Under the pieces are notes generated by a model. The model ran no database searches and was not told the DNA's origin. It saw nothing but the letters and a program-made list of their open reading frames with translations. From Candidatus Iainarchaeum sp. (GTDB lineage: Archaea > Iainarchaeota > Iainarchaeia > Iainarchaeales > GCA-2688035), in the NCBI GenBank assembly GCA_017610175.1, contig JAFCCO010000001.1, positions 72,265 to 136,264 of the forward strand: a stretch of DNA of 64,000 nucleotides, written 5' to 3'. The stretch's first letter is position 1; each line of letters opens with the position of its first letter. Both the position numbers and the translations under genes were made by a program. Of the stretch, positions 36,172 through 46,400 are shown one piece after another.

Positions 36172-36307
36172 TTATTACTGTAACCTATATTCTTCACAGC
36201 TTTCTACTATTTAAACATTATCACCGTCGTCTGGTTGGTTTCCATTGCGGGCTTAAGTATAAATACAACCTTCGCAGTTTAATATTCAGGATTTTCTGGT
36301 GATTTGA

Positions 36308-36688
36308 ATGTTTGAAGATTATGATGTTTCAAAAATTGTTCTTGTAATAGTTGCGGTTTTTGCAATTGTTGCAATTGCATTTTTTGTTTTGTCCCCGCAG
36401 CCGGAGCCTTTGCCTCCTGCGGGAAACGGTGGCACACTTCCCCCTGCGGAACCTCCGGTAGAACCTCCAATTGAACCGCCAGTTGAGCCCCCGGTAGAAC
36501 CGCCGGTGGAGCCGCCTGTTGAACCTGCTGCTGAAACACAACTCGATGTCAACGGACCGGGCGAGGCTGCTGCTCCCGTCGAACCTGTAATGGGTGATTC
36601 GGATGAATTCCTCCCTGACTTTGAGGTTGAGGACTTCCAGGATACGCCAGAGGACGCTCCTCCTGCAGGCGAAGAATCAATAGATTAA
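36308..36688 (+). CDS. Small membrane-anchored proline-rich repeat protein
   Basis: 126 aa; N-terminal TM helix (IVLVIVAVFAIVAIAFFVL), then 7 tandem VEPP-type units and an acidic tail. Confidence 0.5.
   Translation: MFEDYDVSKIVLVIVAVFAIVAIAFFVLSPQPEPLPPAGNGGTLPPAEPPVEPPIEPPVEPPVEPPVEPPVEPAAETQLDVNGPGEAAAPVEPVMGDSDEFLPDFEVEDFQDTPEDAPPAGEESID
36449..36532 (+). repeat. Seven tandem 12-bp repeats (gaaccNccNgtN) encoding (E-P-P-V)n
   Basis: gaacctccggta gaacctccaatt gaaccgccagtt gagcccccggta gaaccgccggtg gagccgcctgtt gaacctgctgct read directly from sequence. Confidence 0.7.
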
Positions 36689-36692
36689 GTGC

Positions 36693-39086
36693 CTAGCCAA
36701 ACGCGCCAAGCTTTGACTGCTTTCCACCCTGAATTAAGTCTTCCTTGCTGTAGCCTAGTTCACGCATTATTTTGATTACTGCCGGAATTACCTGGTGCGA
36801 AATGTAATAGTCTGAGTCGTAATTCCCTTCCTCAACATACTCTTCAAGCATGGCTTTGTCACTGATGCTTTTTCCACGCTTTGTGATTACATAGCTTATT
36901 ACGCTTCCGGTTCCAAGTTCCTTTCCGCGCTGCACGGCTTTCTGTGCTGCCGCAACATGCGGCCCTATTGAATCGTATTTGTTAAGCGGTCTTTTCAGTA
37001 TTGTCAAAACAACGAGTTCGCGTTTTGGGGTTTTTCCTCCCTTAAGATTCTTGATTGCATCCCTTACAATTTCCACTGCCTTGTCGGGATTTCCCTCCTC
37101 AAGGATTGCGGTAATTACGTTTCGCTGCGTTTCCTTTGCAATGTTTGACCAGTCGCGTCTCACATATTCAAAGCCGACAATTTTCAGGTTGTTCTGCCTG
37201 TCGATTAGCGCGTACTTTTTCTTTGCGCCCTCTCCCGATTCCTTGGTTACAAAAATTCCCCTCTTGAAAAATCCCTCAAGCTCAAGGTTCATTACCCCCG
37301 GAAGGGATGCATTAATTTCTTCAACAAATTTCTTAACGTCCTCGTCGCTTTTGCCTTCCGGGATTTGCAGAAACGCGCTGTCTGTATCCCCATATAGCGC
37401 GTTGAAGCCGGACTTTTCCGCCTTGTCAATTACTCCCTTAACATACTGCCTGCTCCAGGCGGTTACCGCTGACGCGCACTCCCTTGAAAACCACCGGCTT
37501 CTAGCATAGCCAAGATAGCCGTAAAATGAGTTCATTAAAATCTTGAGGGCCTGCTGCCTTGCGTTGAGCAAAAGAGCGCCTTCCCCCTGCTTTCCAATTT
37601 CCTTGAGCTTCTTTTTGAGGTCCATTCTTGTTTCAAAAAGGTTTTTTAAAATTCCCGACAGAAAGCCTTCCTCTTTTGTGCAGAACTGCTGGTTGTTTGG
37701 CGAAACGTTTTCCCTGCATTCCCTGTGCCCGCAGTTTAAGTTTTCAGGGCTTATGTTGTGGGAAATCATTATGCTTGGGTGAAGCGATGAAAAGTCCAGA
37801 ACCGCAAGGTTTTCGTGAAGCCCTGGGGTTGGTTCTTTTACGTAGCCCCCCACAAAGCTTTGCATTATGCGCTGGCTTGTTTCCTCGTCGGTTGGTCTGT
37901 TTGGAACAACCTTCCCCTCAAGAAAAGCCTTGTTCATCAGCAGGTATTCAATGAGGAGCGAGGCGCTGCTTCTGCTTGTTTCGAAAAGTGTCTGCTTAAC
38001 AAGCTTGGAGAGCTCCATGATTAGGGGGGCGTACTGCATTGCAATTTTGAGCGTAACGCTTGAGTCTGCAATGCAGTATTCGGCAAGCCTTTCAAGCCCT
38101 TCTCCTTTCTCCCAAATTTCGTTAATTTCCTCGGCCCTGATTTTTTCCTTTTCATTCCCGAAAAGTGAGAACGCAACTGACTCCAGGTCAAACTTTATCA
38201 GGTTCACAACCCCGAACCGGTTCAGGAAGCGAAGCATTTGGTATACATCCAGGTGCTGCATTCCGTGCAGCCTTACATGGGTATCGCGCCCTCCCTTCTT
38301 TACCGAGAAGGATTCGTTGGCAGGGTAAAACTTTGGCTTGATTCCCAGCGTCTTGCACCGCTCTTTTATGTAGGGCAGGTCAAAGCGGTCTCCGTTGTAT
38401 GTGGCCAGCACATCAATTTTTTCCTGTGCAAGCAGTTTGAAAAACGCGCGAAGCGTTTTTTCCTCGCTTTCAAAAACCTCAACATTCTTTGCGCCCTGCA
38501 GCTTGCCGTTGTAGGTAAGGAGCTTCTCCCCTTTTGCCGAAACAAACGAAATCATTAGGACCGGGTCGCGCTTTGCGTCGCTGAATCTTCCGGGGGAAAG
38601 TGTTTCAATGTCGAACGCCGCAAAGTTAAATTCTTCGCCCTGCACTTTTGCTGCCTTAACTTCCTTAATTTCGTCCCCTTCAACCGCAAGCTCAATTCCA
38701 AAGGTTGGCTCAAGCTGCTTGTCAATTAAGTAGCGTTTTGAAAATGGAACGTCGTATTCAAATGCCGCAAAAACAGTCGGGAGCGAACGGATTTCCTTTC
38801 TTGCATCCTTCAATTCTGAAACGTTTTTGAATTCAACTTTCAAAAGGTCGTTCTTTGCTTCGCTTACCCTGAATGCTTTTGAGCCCTCCCCGAAAACCGC
38901 CTTGCTTATTTCTGCAGCTGCCTTTTTTGGGTCCTCCGCCTTTACATGGAAATAGGGATAGAATGAGGGGTCGTGAAAGATAAGGACTTTGCCCCCTGAC
39001 TTGACAAAAAGCCTTATTACCGAGCCATTTACCTTTTCTTCATAGTCTGCATCTAATAAAAGCCCTTTTACTCTCTTTTCTTCCAT
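36693..39086 (-). CDS. polB: Family B DNA polymerase (archaeal PolB), no intein
   Basis: 797 aa; exonuclease FDIET, polymerase motif A DFSSLHPSIM, motif B KILMNSFYGYLGY, motif C YGDTDS. Confidence 0.9.
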   Translation of the reverse strand: MEEKRVKGLLLDADYEEKVNGSVIRLFVKSGGKVLIFHDPSFYPYFHVKAEDPKKAAAEISKAVFGEGSKAFRVSEAKNDLLKVEFKNVSELKDARKEIRSLPTVFAAFEYDVPFSKRYLIDKQLEPTFGIELAVEGDEIKEVKAAKVQGEEFNFAAFDIETLSPGRFSDAKRDPVLMISFVSAKGEKLLTYNGKLQGAKNVEVFESEEKTLRAFFKLLAQEKIDVLATYNGDRFDLPYIKERCKTLGIKPKFYPANESFSVKKGGRDTHVRLHGMQHLDVYQMLRFLNRFGVVNLIKFDLESVAFSLFGNEKEKIRAEEINEIWEKGEGLERLAEYCIADSSVTLKIAMQYAPLIMELSKLVKQTLFETSRSSASLLIEYLLMNKAFLEGKVVPNRPTDEETSQRIMQSFVGGYVKEPTPGLHENLAVLDFSSLHPSIMISHNISPENLNCGHRECRENVSPNNQQFCTKEEGFLSGILKNLFETRMDLKKKLKEIGKQGEGALLLNARQQALKILMNSFYGYLGYARSRWFSRECASAVTAWSRQYVKGVIDKAEKSGFNALYGDTDSAFLQIPEGKSDEDVKKFVEEINASLPGVMNLELEGFFKRGIFVTKESGEGAKKKYALIDRQNNLKIVGFEYVRRDWSNIAKETQRNVITAILEEGNPDKAVEIVRDAIKNLKGGKTPKRELVVLTILKRPLNKYDSIGPHVAAAQKAVQRGKELGTGSVISYVITKRGKSISDKAMLEEYVEEGNYDSDYYISHQVIPAVIKIMRELGYSKEDLIQGGKQSKLGAFG

Positions 39087-39159
39087 ACGTAATATTTTTA
39101 AGCAGCAATAGTTATTTATAATTAGATTCCAGAAACCAAAAGTAGGAAGTTAATTTTTT

Positions 39160-39618
39160 ATGCCCAGAAACAGGCCACAGAGGAAAGCAATTCCAAAGAA
39201 GGCAGCATCTGTCATTGCCGGATTCAGGCAGGACATTCACTCCCTTAACAGCAGTGTTCTTATAATCGGCCAGAAAATGAAGTATCTTGTAAGGAACGAA
39301 AAAATCCTTGGAAGAAACCTGATTGTTCTCAACAAAAAACACAAGGCCTTTGAGGCCAAAATTGTTTCGGGTGAAATCGGCGGGAAGGCAGGAACCTCTG
39401 AAATGTCCGCCGAGGTTGAGGCCCGCGTTAAGGATCTTGAAAGGAAAAACATTGAGCTTCAGGCACAGCTTGATTCATTCAAGCAGGGCCTTGCTTCGCA
39501 GGAACAGCTTCAGGAATTAAAGTATGTTATTGACAGCATTAACCCTTTGGAGCTTGCAACTCTTGAGCAGGTAAAGGAATTGATTGCGGAAAAGAAGGGC
39601 AAAAGGAAACAGGCCTAA
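39160..39618 (+). CDS. Hypothetical coiled-coil protein
   Basis: 152 aa; C-terminal half heptad-like (VEARVKDLERKNIELQAQLDSFKQGLASQEQLQELKYVIDS). Confidence 0.4.
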   Translation: MPRNRPQRKAIPKKAASVIAGFRQDIHSLNSSVLIIGQKMKYLVRNEKILGRNLIVLNKKHKAFEAKIVSGEIGGKAGTSEMSAEVEARVKDLERKNIELQAQLDSFKQGLASQEQLQELKYVIDSINPLELATLEQVKELIAEKKGKRKQA

Positions 39619-41141
39619 CGGGTTTCAACAAGTTCAGTGCAGGCACTCAACCCGGGCCTTAAGAGCACGCGGTAATTCTTTCTTCCCTTAAGCTGCACGC
39701 CAACATCGTTTCCCTGAACGATTTTCACCTTTGCCTTTGCCGCGTCAAGCATGCCGGGCTGCAAATCAATTTCGTGCGCAACAGAAACGGCATTTCCCAC
39801 ACCATACTGCTGCATTTCATTTAAGTCCTGAATAATTGTTTTTGCAAGCTCGCTGTTTTCGTTCCTTCCAATAATGCTTTCCACCTGCGGGATAATAATC
39901 ATGCTTCTGAGTTGCGCACTTGGGCCCTGTTTTTTGTAGTGCTCAAGCAGGCCGTGAATAATGCAGTGAAGCATTATTAGCGAGACCCTTTTGTCATGCC
40001 CCCCCATATTTACTATTCCTGCCCTGCCCAATCCGTGCAGCCAGCTTTTGCTGATTTCAGCAATGTTGTTTTCGCCGTCAAAAAGTTCGGGATACCTTAA
40101 ATCCATTAGCTTTAGGATGCGTGCGGCGCGGCTTCTTTGGAATTCATTGAATTCCCCCCTTGTCTGCCTTGCCTTTACAATTCCGGAAACTTCTGCAAGG
40201 CTTGCAACCCTGTTTTCGTCAAGCACCTGCATTATTTCCTTTCCGGCAATTGTTTCATCCAGTCCAAACAATTCAAGCAACCCCTTTCTGTTCACACTTC
40301 CAAGGTCAACGCGCAGCTGCTGGGGGATAAAAAATTCTTTTGTCGGAAAGCCGATTGGCTCAATATCAACCTTGTAACTTTTCAAATCATCGCTTGCGGT
40401 TGTTCTCACACCCAACCCCTTAAAGCGCTTGTTCCAGTCAATCACAACCGCCGGAATGTTTGACAAAAGTGCGCCTTCAATAAGCAGGTGCAGCATGTGT
40501 GCACGGGCTTCTTTGCGTCCTCCTGAAACAACTGTTGATGAAAAAAGTGAAAGCGGCTCCTTTACCCCCATCTGCTCCCTTGTTATCCCAAGCATTAATT
40601 CCCCAAAGCTTATTGCTTTTCCAGCAGGCGCCGCTGCGGCAAAGCCTGACGGGATATGTGATGATGTTGAGAGGAGGGGCACAATCAGCGGCTGTGAGAA
40701 AAATGCCTGCTTTATTTGCTCGGGCGCCTGCTCAAGCTCCTGCAGCTGCAAATCATATGCCTTGCTTACGGCACTTATGGTTTTCACACTTGACCTGAGA
40801 TTTTTGATGTTTGCCTCAACCTCTGCCGCAAACTTTTCTTCATCGTATTCCACATAGCTTGGTTTTGAACCAAGAATAAAGAACCTGGTTGTTTCCTTTT
40901 CATCGTGCTTTGTTATTGTAATAACTTCGCGGGGAAGGGTTTCAACAAACCCCTCCAGTTCCCCGACAGCGTGGAATACCTTGTAAACCTCCACAACCGA
41001 GCCCTTTACTTTTCCGCCCTCTTTTTCAAGAATGGACACAAGGATTATGGATTCAGGGTTTGAGTATATTTCAACGTCGTATCCCTCGAAATTCCCTTTG
41101 AACATCTCCTTCCAGGGGCCGTCTTTTAAGCGGAAATCCAT
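39615..41141 (-). CDS. HerA/FtsK-superfamily-like protein with degenerate (non-canonical) Walker A
   Basis: 508 aa; segment VVSGGRKEARAHMLHLLIEGALLSNIPAVVIDWNKRF lines up with HerA's IAGSTGSGKS...NIPVVVFDPHGEY but has GGRKEA in place of GSGKS; no DExx Walker B seen. Confidence 0.4.
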   Translation of the reverse strand: MDFRLKDGPWKEMFKGNFEGYDVEIYSNPESIILVSILEKEGGKVKGSVVEVYKVFHAVGELEGFVETLPREVITITKHDEKETTRFFILGSKPSYVEYDEEKFAAEVEANIKNLRSSVKTISAVSKAYDLQLQELEQAPEQIKQAFFSQPLIVPLLSTSSHIPSGFAAAAPAGKAISFGELMLGITREQMGVKEPLSLFSSTVVSGGRKEARAHMLHLLIEGALLSNIPAVVIDWNKRFKGLGVRTTASDDLKSYKVDIEPIGFPTKEFFIPQQLRVDLGSVNRKGLLELFGLDETIAGKEIMQVLDENRVASLAEVSGIVKARQTRGEFNEFQRSRAARILKLMDLRYPELFDGENNIAEISKSWLHGLGRAGIVNMGGHDKRVSLIMLHCIIHGLLEHYKKQGPSAQLRSMIIIPQVESIIGRNENSELAKTIIQDLNEMQQYGVGNAVSVAHEIDLQPGMLDAAKAKVKIVQGNDVGVQLKGRKNYRVLLRPGLSACTELVETR

Positions 41142-41210
41142 AGTAATCAGTTAATCATTAACGAGAACTTATTTATATAGGTAATTATTATATAGATAAG
41201 TAAAATATAA

Positions 41211-41750
41211 ATGTTGGTTACGATGGTAAACAGGGAAGTTGTGCTTCAGACCATAAAAAAGATGAAGGAAAGCGGAATTGATAACTCAGTTATCAAGGCC
41301 ACCTTGAAGGACATTGGCTTGAATGACGAGGAGTCAAAGCAGTATATGAAAGAGGCCGCAGGCGAAAAGGCTGAGGCAAAGAAAGAGGCCGATATTGTGC
41401 AGGACCAGATTGCCGAAAAGACCGCCGAGAAAACAGCTGAAAAAATCAAGGAAGAGCTTGTTGCCGAGAATGAAGAGCGTGAATTGAGGGACACAACACA
41501 GCGCGTTGTTTTGGAGGAGCAGAAGTCAAAGATGGAGGATGTTGAAAAAGGTGTCGGCAAGCTTCATCAAAAAATTGAGTCTCTTGCAACTCCCGCCAAC
41601 AAGGAATTAAGCGGAAACATAGCCGTGCTTGAACAGCGCATTAACGGGATTGATAAAAAGATTTCCGACCTTAAGGCAATCAATACCGCAACAAAGGACT
41701 TGATGGAAAAGGTTCTTGAAGCAAACCGCAAGATTCTAACCAAGCTTTAG
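41211..41750 (+). CDS. Hypothetical coiled-coil protein
   Basis: 179 aa, Lys/Glu-rich heptad repeats throughout; divergent from the HerA-like gene across an AT-rich TATA-containing spacer. Confidence 0.45.
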   Translation: MLVTMVNREVVLQTIKKMKESGIDNSVIKATLKDIGLNDEESKQYMKEAAGEKAEAKKEADIVQDQIAEKTAEKTAEKIKEELVAENEERELRDTTQRVVLEEQKSKMEDVEKGVGKLHQKIESLATPANKELSGNIAVLEQRINGIDKKISDLKAINTATKDLMEKVLEANRKILTKL

Positions 41751-42118
41751 CCAAACAGTTTCTTGGCCGAGTCTTTTGTTTTTTTTGCGGCTTCCCCTAA
41801 TTTCTTTGGCTTGAACTTCCACTTTGTCATTGTCCTTGAATTCATGCTCGCGACCTGTTCGTAGTCTGAAAAAAAGGTCTCGCCTGTTCTTGCGCCCATT
41901 TCCTTTATTCCGTCTATCCACACGGTTTGGTCCGGAACCTGCCCCTCCGCTTCCTCCATCTCATCCATTATTTTTGAGCCGAAATTTTTTGCGGAAGGGT
42001 AATTGAATACAAAAAATGATGCAATGGCTGTGACCACCGCGGGAATTGGCATCTCAAACCAGATAAAGAACATGCATGCAAAGAGAAGAAATATTCCTAT
42101 GGCCGGGTTCAAAATCAT
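41747..42118 (-). CDS. Small membrane protein
   Basis: 123 aa, two N-terminal TM helices, charged C-terminal tail; last of five co-directional small genes following the giant gene. Confidence 0.4.
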   Translation of the reverse strand: MILNPAIGIFLLFACMFFIWFEMPIPAVVTAIASFFVFNYPSAKNFGSKIMDEMEEAEGQVPDQTVWIDGIKEMGARTGETFFSDYEQVASMNSRTMTKWKFKPKKLGEAAKKTKDSAKKLFG

Positions 42119-42441
42119 TCGCCCCCGCCCATCAGCCCTGAATACATGTCCGGGCTGTAGTATTCGGGTTGCTGCTCTCCGCCCCCGCCCTGCTTTACTC
42201 CAAAAATCAGTGCAAAGATAACAAGCCCGAAGAAAACGAACGGCCAGTAGGGCTCAAGGCTTGACCTAAACATATATAATGCAGCCATTGCCACAACAAG
42301 AATTATTGTTGCGGAAACGCTTCTCATTGTAAGGATTGTCACCGCAACAACCGCAAAAGCCAGCCAGTTTTCGTTGAACTGGACGGCAAGCATCATCAGA
42401 ACGAGCGCGATCATGAAGGTAAACGAGTCCATTAATAGCAC
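42115..42441 (-). CDS. Small membrane protein with Gly-rich C-terminal tail
   Basis: 108 aa; three TM helices; tail KQGGGGEQQPEYYSPDMYSGLMGGGE paralogous to the tail of the 43084..43458 product. Confidence 0.45.
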   Translation of the reverse strand: MLLMDSFTFMIALVLMMLAVQFNENWLAFAVVAVTILTMRSVSATIILVVAMAALYMFRSSLEPYWPFVFFGLVIFALIFGVKQGGGGEQQPEYYSPDMYSGLMGGGE

Positions 42442-42714
42442 CTAATCAAATATCTTTACCTTCTCAAACAAAGTGTTTCCAAACGTTGCAAACAGGAAAA
42501 TCAGCACCGGAATGAACACAAGCTGCGGGAACTGAATTACTGTCAGGTAAACTACAATTACTGCAAACAAAATCGCAAGCTTTGCGCTCCCCAAAGCCTT
42601 TTTTGCCCAGCTGAAAATCCACACAAGGTAGAACAGTGAGAGCACTACCCAAATGTTGTCAAGCAAAGGATCCGCAAAGGGCCCGCTTACCGCAAGAATT
42701 GGCATCAAATCCAT
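42442..42714 (-). CDS. Small membrane protein
   Basis: 90 aa, two to three TM helices. Confidence 0.4.
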   Translation of the reverse strand: MDLMPILAVSGPFADPLLDNIWVVLSLFYLVWIFSWAKKALGSAKLAILFAVIVVYLTVIQFPQLVFIPVLIFLFATFGNTLFEKVKIFD

Positions 42715-42761
42715 TTTGTTTTCCTCATTAAATTAATGAATCTTATCTAATAAATTCCTTT

Positions 42762-43148
42762 CTATTTCTTCATATTCATCCCAATTCCCCACACAATTAC
42801 CGAAAGGAAAGAGAATCCCATCAGAAAGTACAGCAGAATGTATGCTGAGGCCGTAAAGTAAGCCCACTTAATTACAAGGAAATAAACAAGGGCTGCTGAA
42901 ATTATAAGCGAAATTACGCTGTTTCCAATGTATCCCCTCACAGTCGCAAAAATTATTATCGCAAGAATTATTCTCATAATGATGTCTGCAATCGGGAAAA
43001 CCGCCATAATAACCGGGGGGATTAATGCAACAACCACAAAGGCGGCAAGAATTATCAGCACAAGATTGCCTTTCTCATTCAACTTAACGCCTCCCTCTTG
43101 CAGGGGCTCTTGCCCTTGCGCCCTGTCCGGAAGCAACCCTCTTGGCAA
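42762..43148 (-). CDS. Small membrane protein (start uncertain)
   Basis: 128 aa ORF, overlaps upstream gene by 65 nt so the true start is probably internal; segment NEKGNLVLIILAAFVVVALI loosely resembles a class III (prepilin-like) signal. Confidence 0.35.
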   Translation of the reverse strand: MPRGLLPDRAQGQEPLQEGGVKLNEKGNLVLIILAAFVVVALIPPVIMAVFPIADIIMRIILAIIIFATVRGYIGNSVISLIISAALVYFLVIKWAYFTASAYILLYFLMGFSFLSVIVWGIGMNMKK

Positions 43149-43458
43149 GGTCTGCCCCGCTGCTTATTGGGCTCTGCTCTCCACCGCCTGAACCTCCTCC
43201 GACAAAGAAAAAGTCAATAAGGATTCCGGCCGCGCCCATCACAAGCAGCATCATAAGAACGTAAACCGTTTCAAAAAACCACGCATAGGGTGACAAAAGC
43301 ATAAAGTATGCAAACCCGACAATCAACACGATTGAAACAGGCCCCTTTCCCAAATGGTTTACCGCAAAGGAAATTATTGTGAGCAGTATGAATATCTTTA
43401 GGACAAAGGTCATGTCCCGAAAAAACTCCATTATGAACAGCATGGCTAAGTCTATCAT
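43084..43458 (-). CDS. Small membrane protein with Gly-rich C-terminal tail
   Basis: 124 aa; three TM helices; tail VGGGSGGGEQSPISSGADLAKR...RGRR; first gene after the giant ORF. Confidence 0.45.
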   Translation of the reverse strand: MIDLAMLFIMEFFRDMTFVLKIFILLTIISFAVNHLGKGPVSIVLIVGFAYFMLLSPYAWFFETVYVLMMLLVMGAAGILIDFFFVGGGSGGGEQSPISSGADLAKRVASGQGARARAPARGRR

Positions 43459-43498
43459 GCAATAACCTTAACGATTAACTGGTTTAAAATGGTTTTGC

Positions 43499-46400
43499 CT
43501 AGCTGCCGTAGCCAATGCAGGTCTGGTCTGCTGCAAGGCCTTCCTCTATTTCACTAAGGCTGCTGTAGCTTCCCACCATTTCGTAAAGTGTTTTTGGGTT
43601 CCACCAGAAAGACGTCTCGGAACCGGTGTCTGTCACGCAAACGTCTCCGGCCTCAACAAGCTCAAAGAGGTCCTGGAGTTCTGCAACACTGTCCCTTGCT
43701 GATTTGCTGTTGTTGTTCATTGTGGAAATTCCCTTCAATTCGACCGATGATGCCAGTGCGCTGTCAGGCGTTAGGAATGCAAGCCCTTCCGGAGCAATTC
43801 CCTTAAGTGCAAAAGAGCCGTTGGTTGGAGTGTAAATATATGTTTTGAGGTAGACGTCTCCCGAGCGCTCTGCGTCCTTCCAGTCAAGTGCGTAAGCATA
43901 CTGCCACACTGCAAGCGGGTCCCCTGAAACTCCTTCCCTGTCAGGGGTATTTGAGAACTTTTCAAACACAGGGATTCCTGTAAAGTCAAGGCACTGCCCT
44001 GCTCCCGTCCAAAAGCTAAGGCTGCTTCCAACCTCCTGCGGCTGGTCAACATCAAGCAGTTCAAAGAATGCCGAGAACGGTTCGTCCGTTGAGCCCTTGT
44101 TTATTACCATCATAACAGGTGTTGCGTAGTGGGGGTAGAAAAGCAGGTCGTTTTCGTTGTAGCTTGAACCCCTCTTAATTTTAAGCAGCATTCCCCTGTT
44201 TGAGGCAAGTGAATTAATGTTCTTAAAGCCAAAGACAGTGTCAGTATTTAGCGTGCTGACCGTTGTGGAGCCGGAAATCTCCTCTGTATTGACAAGTATT
44301 CCGTCATCGCTGTTGACTGTGAAAGCGTCTCCTGCGTTTATGTAGTCCAATCCGTATCCTACACGCCCGTTAGAGGTTGTTTTTCCAAGCTCTCCGTTGA
44401 ATGGCAGGTAGTAGAAGATGCTGTTCGGGAACGGTTCCTCTGCAATGTACATGCTTATCTCAATTTCGGCTGTTGGGTCTCCGCTCGTGTCAAACAGTGT
44501 AAAGTCCTTGTTCTCAAAGTCAATCTTTAGCAAAATATCGTACTTTCCGGCGTTTGAGAGCTTTGTTGAATTAACATATCTTCTAACGAAGTGCATTCTG
44601 CTTGTGTCGCCAAAGTAATCTATGAATGCACCGTCTCCTCTGCTCACAAACCACTCAGGTGCGTCCATGAAAGCAATCTCATCATAGTAATCCACAAAGT
44701 CGCTCTGGAAATCTGTGCTGTATCCGTCCTCCATAAGGCTTACTTTGAATTGCACGTAGTCCCTGAAGTCGTTCAGGTTCTGTATCTCATCAGTCCACAC
44801 AACCTCTCCGAACTCGTCCATTTCCTCCAAATAATATTCAAGCGCGGGCTTTCCATCAAAGAGCCTTGTTGAGTAGGGCAGCCAGCAGGTGCCCTCTTCC
44901 TGTGTTCCGGGAATAAGGAATGAAACAGTCAGGCTGCTTGTCCTGTCCTGGTATTCGGCATCAAAGTATTCCGGGACCTCTGAGTTAACGTCGTTTCTGT
45001 TTATTGTGTCCTCGCTAATCAGCTTTGCCCTTGCGCTGTAGTAGCCGCTGCTTTCCGGCAGGTCAACAAAGCCGCATGAAACAGTTTCTGTGCTTCCGGC
45101 CGGCACAAACGCTGCCTGTGTGCATGTTTGTTGCCCAGCGCTTAGTGAAATTCCGCCTGGTGCCACAAGGTATATTTCAATATCCCCGCTTTTGTCAAAC
45201 CCTGAGTTGTTTTCAATTTTGACTGCTACTGCGGCGGTTGTTCCCGCAACGCTTTTCTCTATTGCGCTTAGGCCCATTGTTCCGCTTGGAACTTCGTGCG
45301 TTTCCATCGGAGCCTGGATTTGCTCCAGCACAAGCATTGCCGGGTTGTCCGGGCAGGTTATTACAGGGTTTTCTTTGAGGAAGTCCTCAAGTATTTTGAT
45401 TCTCTTGGTTAGCATTATTCCAAACTGTGTTGCGTCACAGTATATTCCGTTTGGGTTTTCCGCAAGGCAGCTTTCGTTTGTTATTCCGCTTACTTCGTTC
45501 CATGCCCATGAGAGCTTTACGCGTGGCAGTGCATCATATCCTGTTGTTCCAAACATTGTGCCCTGCAGGCAGCCTGATTCCGGCCTGTATGGCGGAATCT
45601 TGTCAATAATTGTCTTTGTGTTGAATTTTAGGTGTATTCTTTGTGTGAATGTTTCGGCGCTTATGTCCGGCACATTGAATGGCCCAAAGTCTCCGTCGTC
45701 TCCTGGAATTATTGTTGGGTTTGCGTGGTTGTGCTTTGTTGCGCTAAAAGCGGTTGTTCCGTAAACAGGTTCAGATTCCTCCAGAGCAGTATTTTCAAAC
45801 ACAACAGCCACATCCTGCCGCTCCCATGTCCCAAATACCTTGGCGTCCTCGGTATTCCAGGTTCCAGCAATTCCCTGCCTGTCAATTGTTAGTGGCAGGG
45901 CGTCTTCCTTCAGGTTAATTATGTAATCCACAAGCGGCTGCTGCACGCGCTGGGCGCATGGGTCGTCATCCGCTCCAAACAGGCCTCCGAGCAGCCCTCC
46001 TGCAAGCGCCCCAAGCGCTGCAAATGTTCCTGTAATTGCCCAGAAGTCCCCTTTCTGCATTGAGGACGCCATTGCCATTCCCTCTGCCGCTTTTGAAGCG
46101 GCTTTTGCCGCCTTCAATGCATTCTTCACCGCAGGGACGGCGTCGTCAATTCCTTTTATTGAATTCTTAAGCTGGTCACTTATTGTGTCTTTTATTGTGT
46201 CTTTGGCGCTGCCCATTGCAGTTTTCATGGCTTCGTTTTCGGCTTCCATCTCAGCCAGTTGCTCGGTTTTGAATGCTTGTAATTCTACTATTGCCTCATC
46301 AATTGCTGCCTCGCACGCTGCTCCTGGGCAAGTGGGAACACACTTCGGTGGGCAACAGGTTCCAGGGGCACAGCTTCTGGCAAGGCAGGGTGGGCGTGCT

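Noticed and set aside
36319-36552. Minus-strand ORF encoding (STGG)n repeats
   Set aside because: It is the antisense reading of the VEPP 12-bp tandem repeat; the plus-strand gene has a TM helix, a start context and an acidic tail, so plus is preferred.
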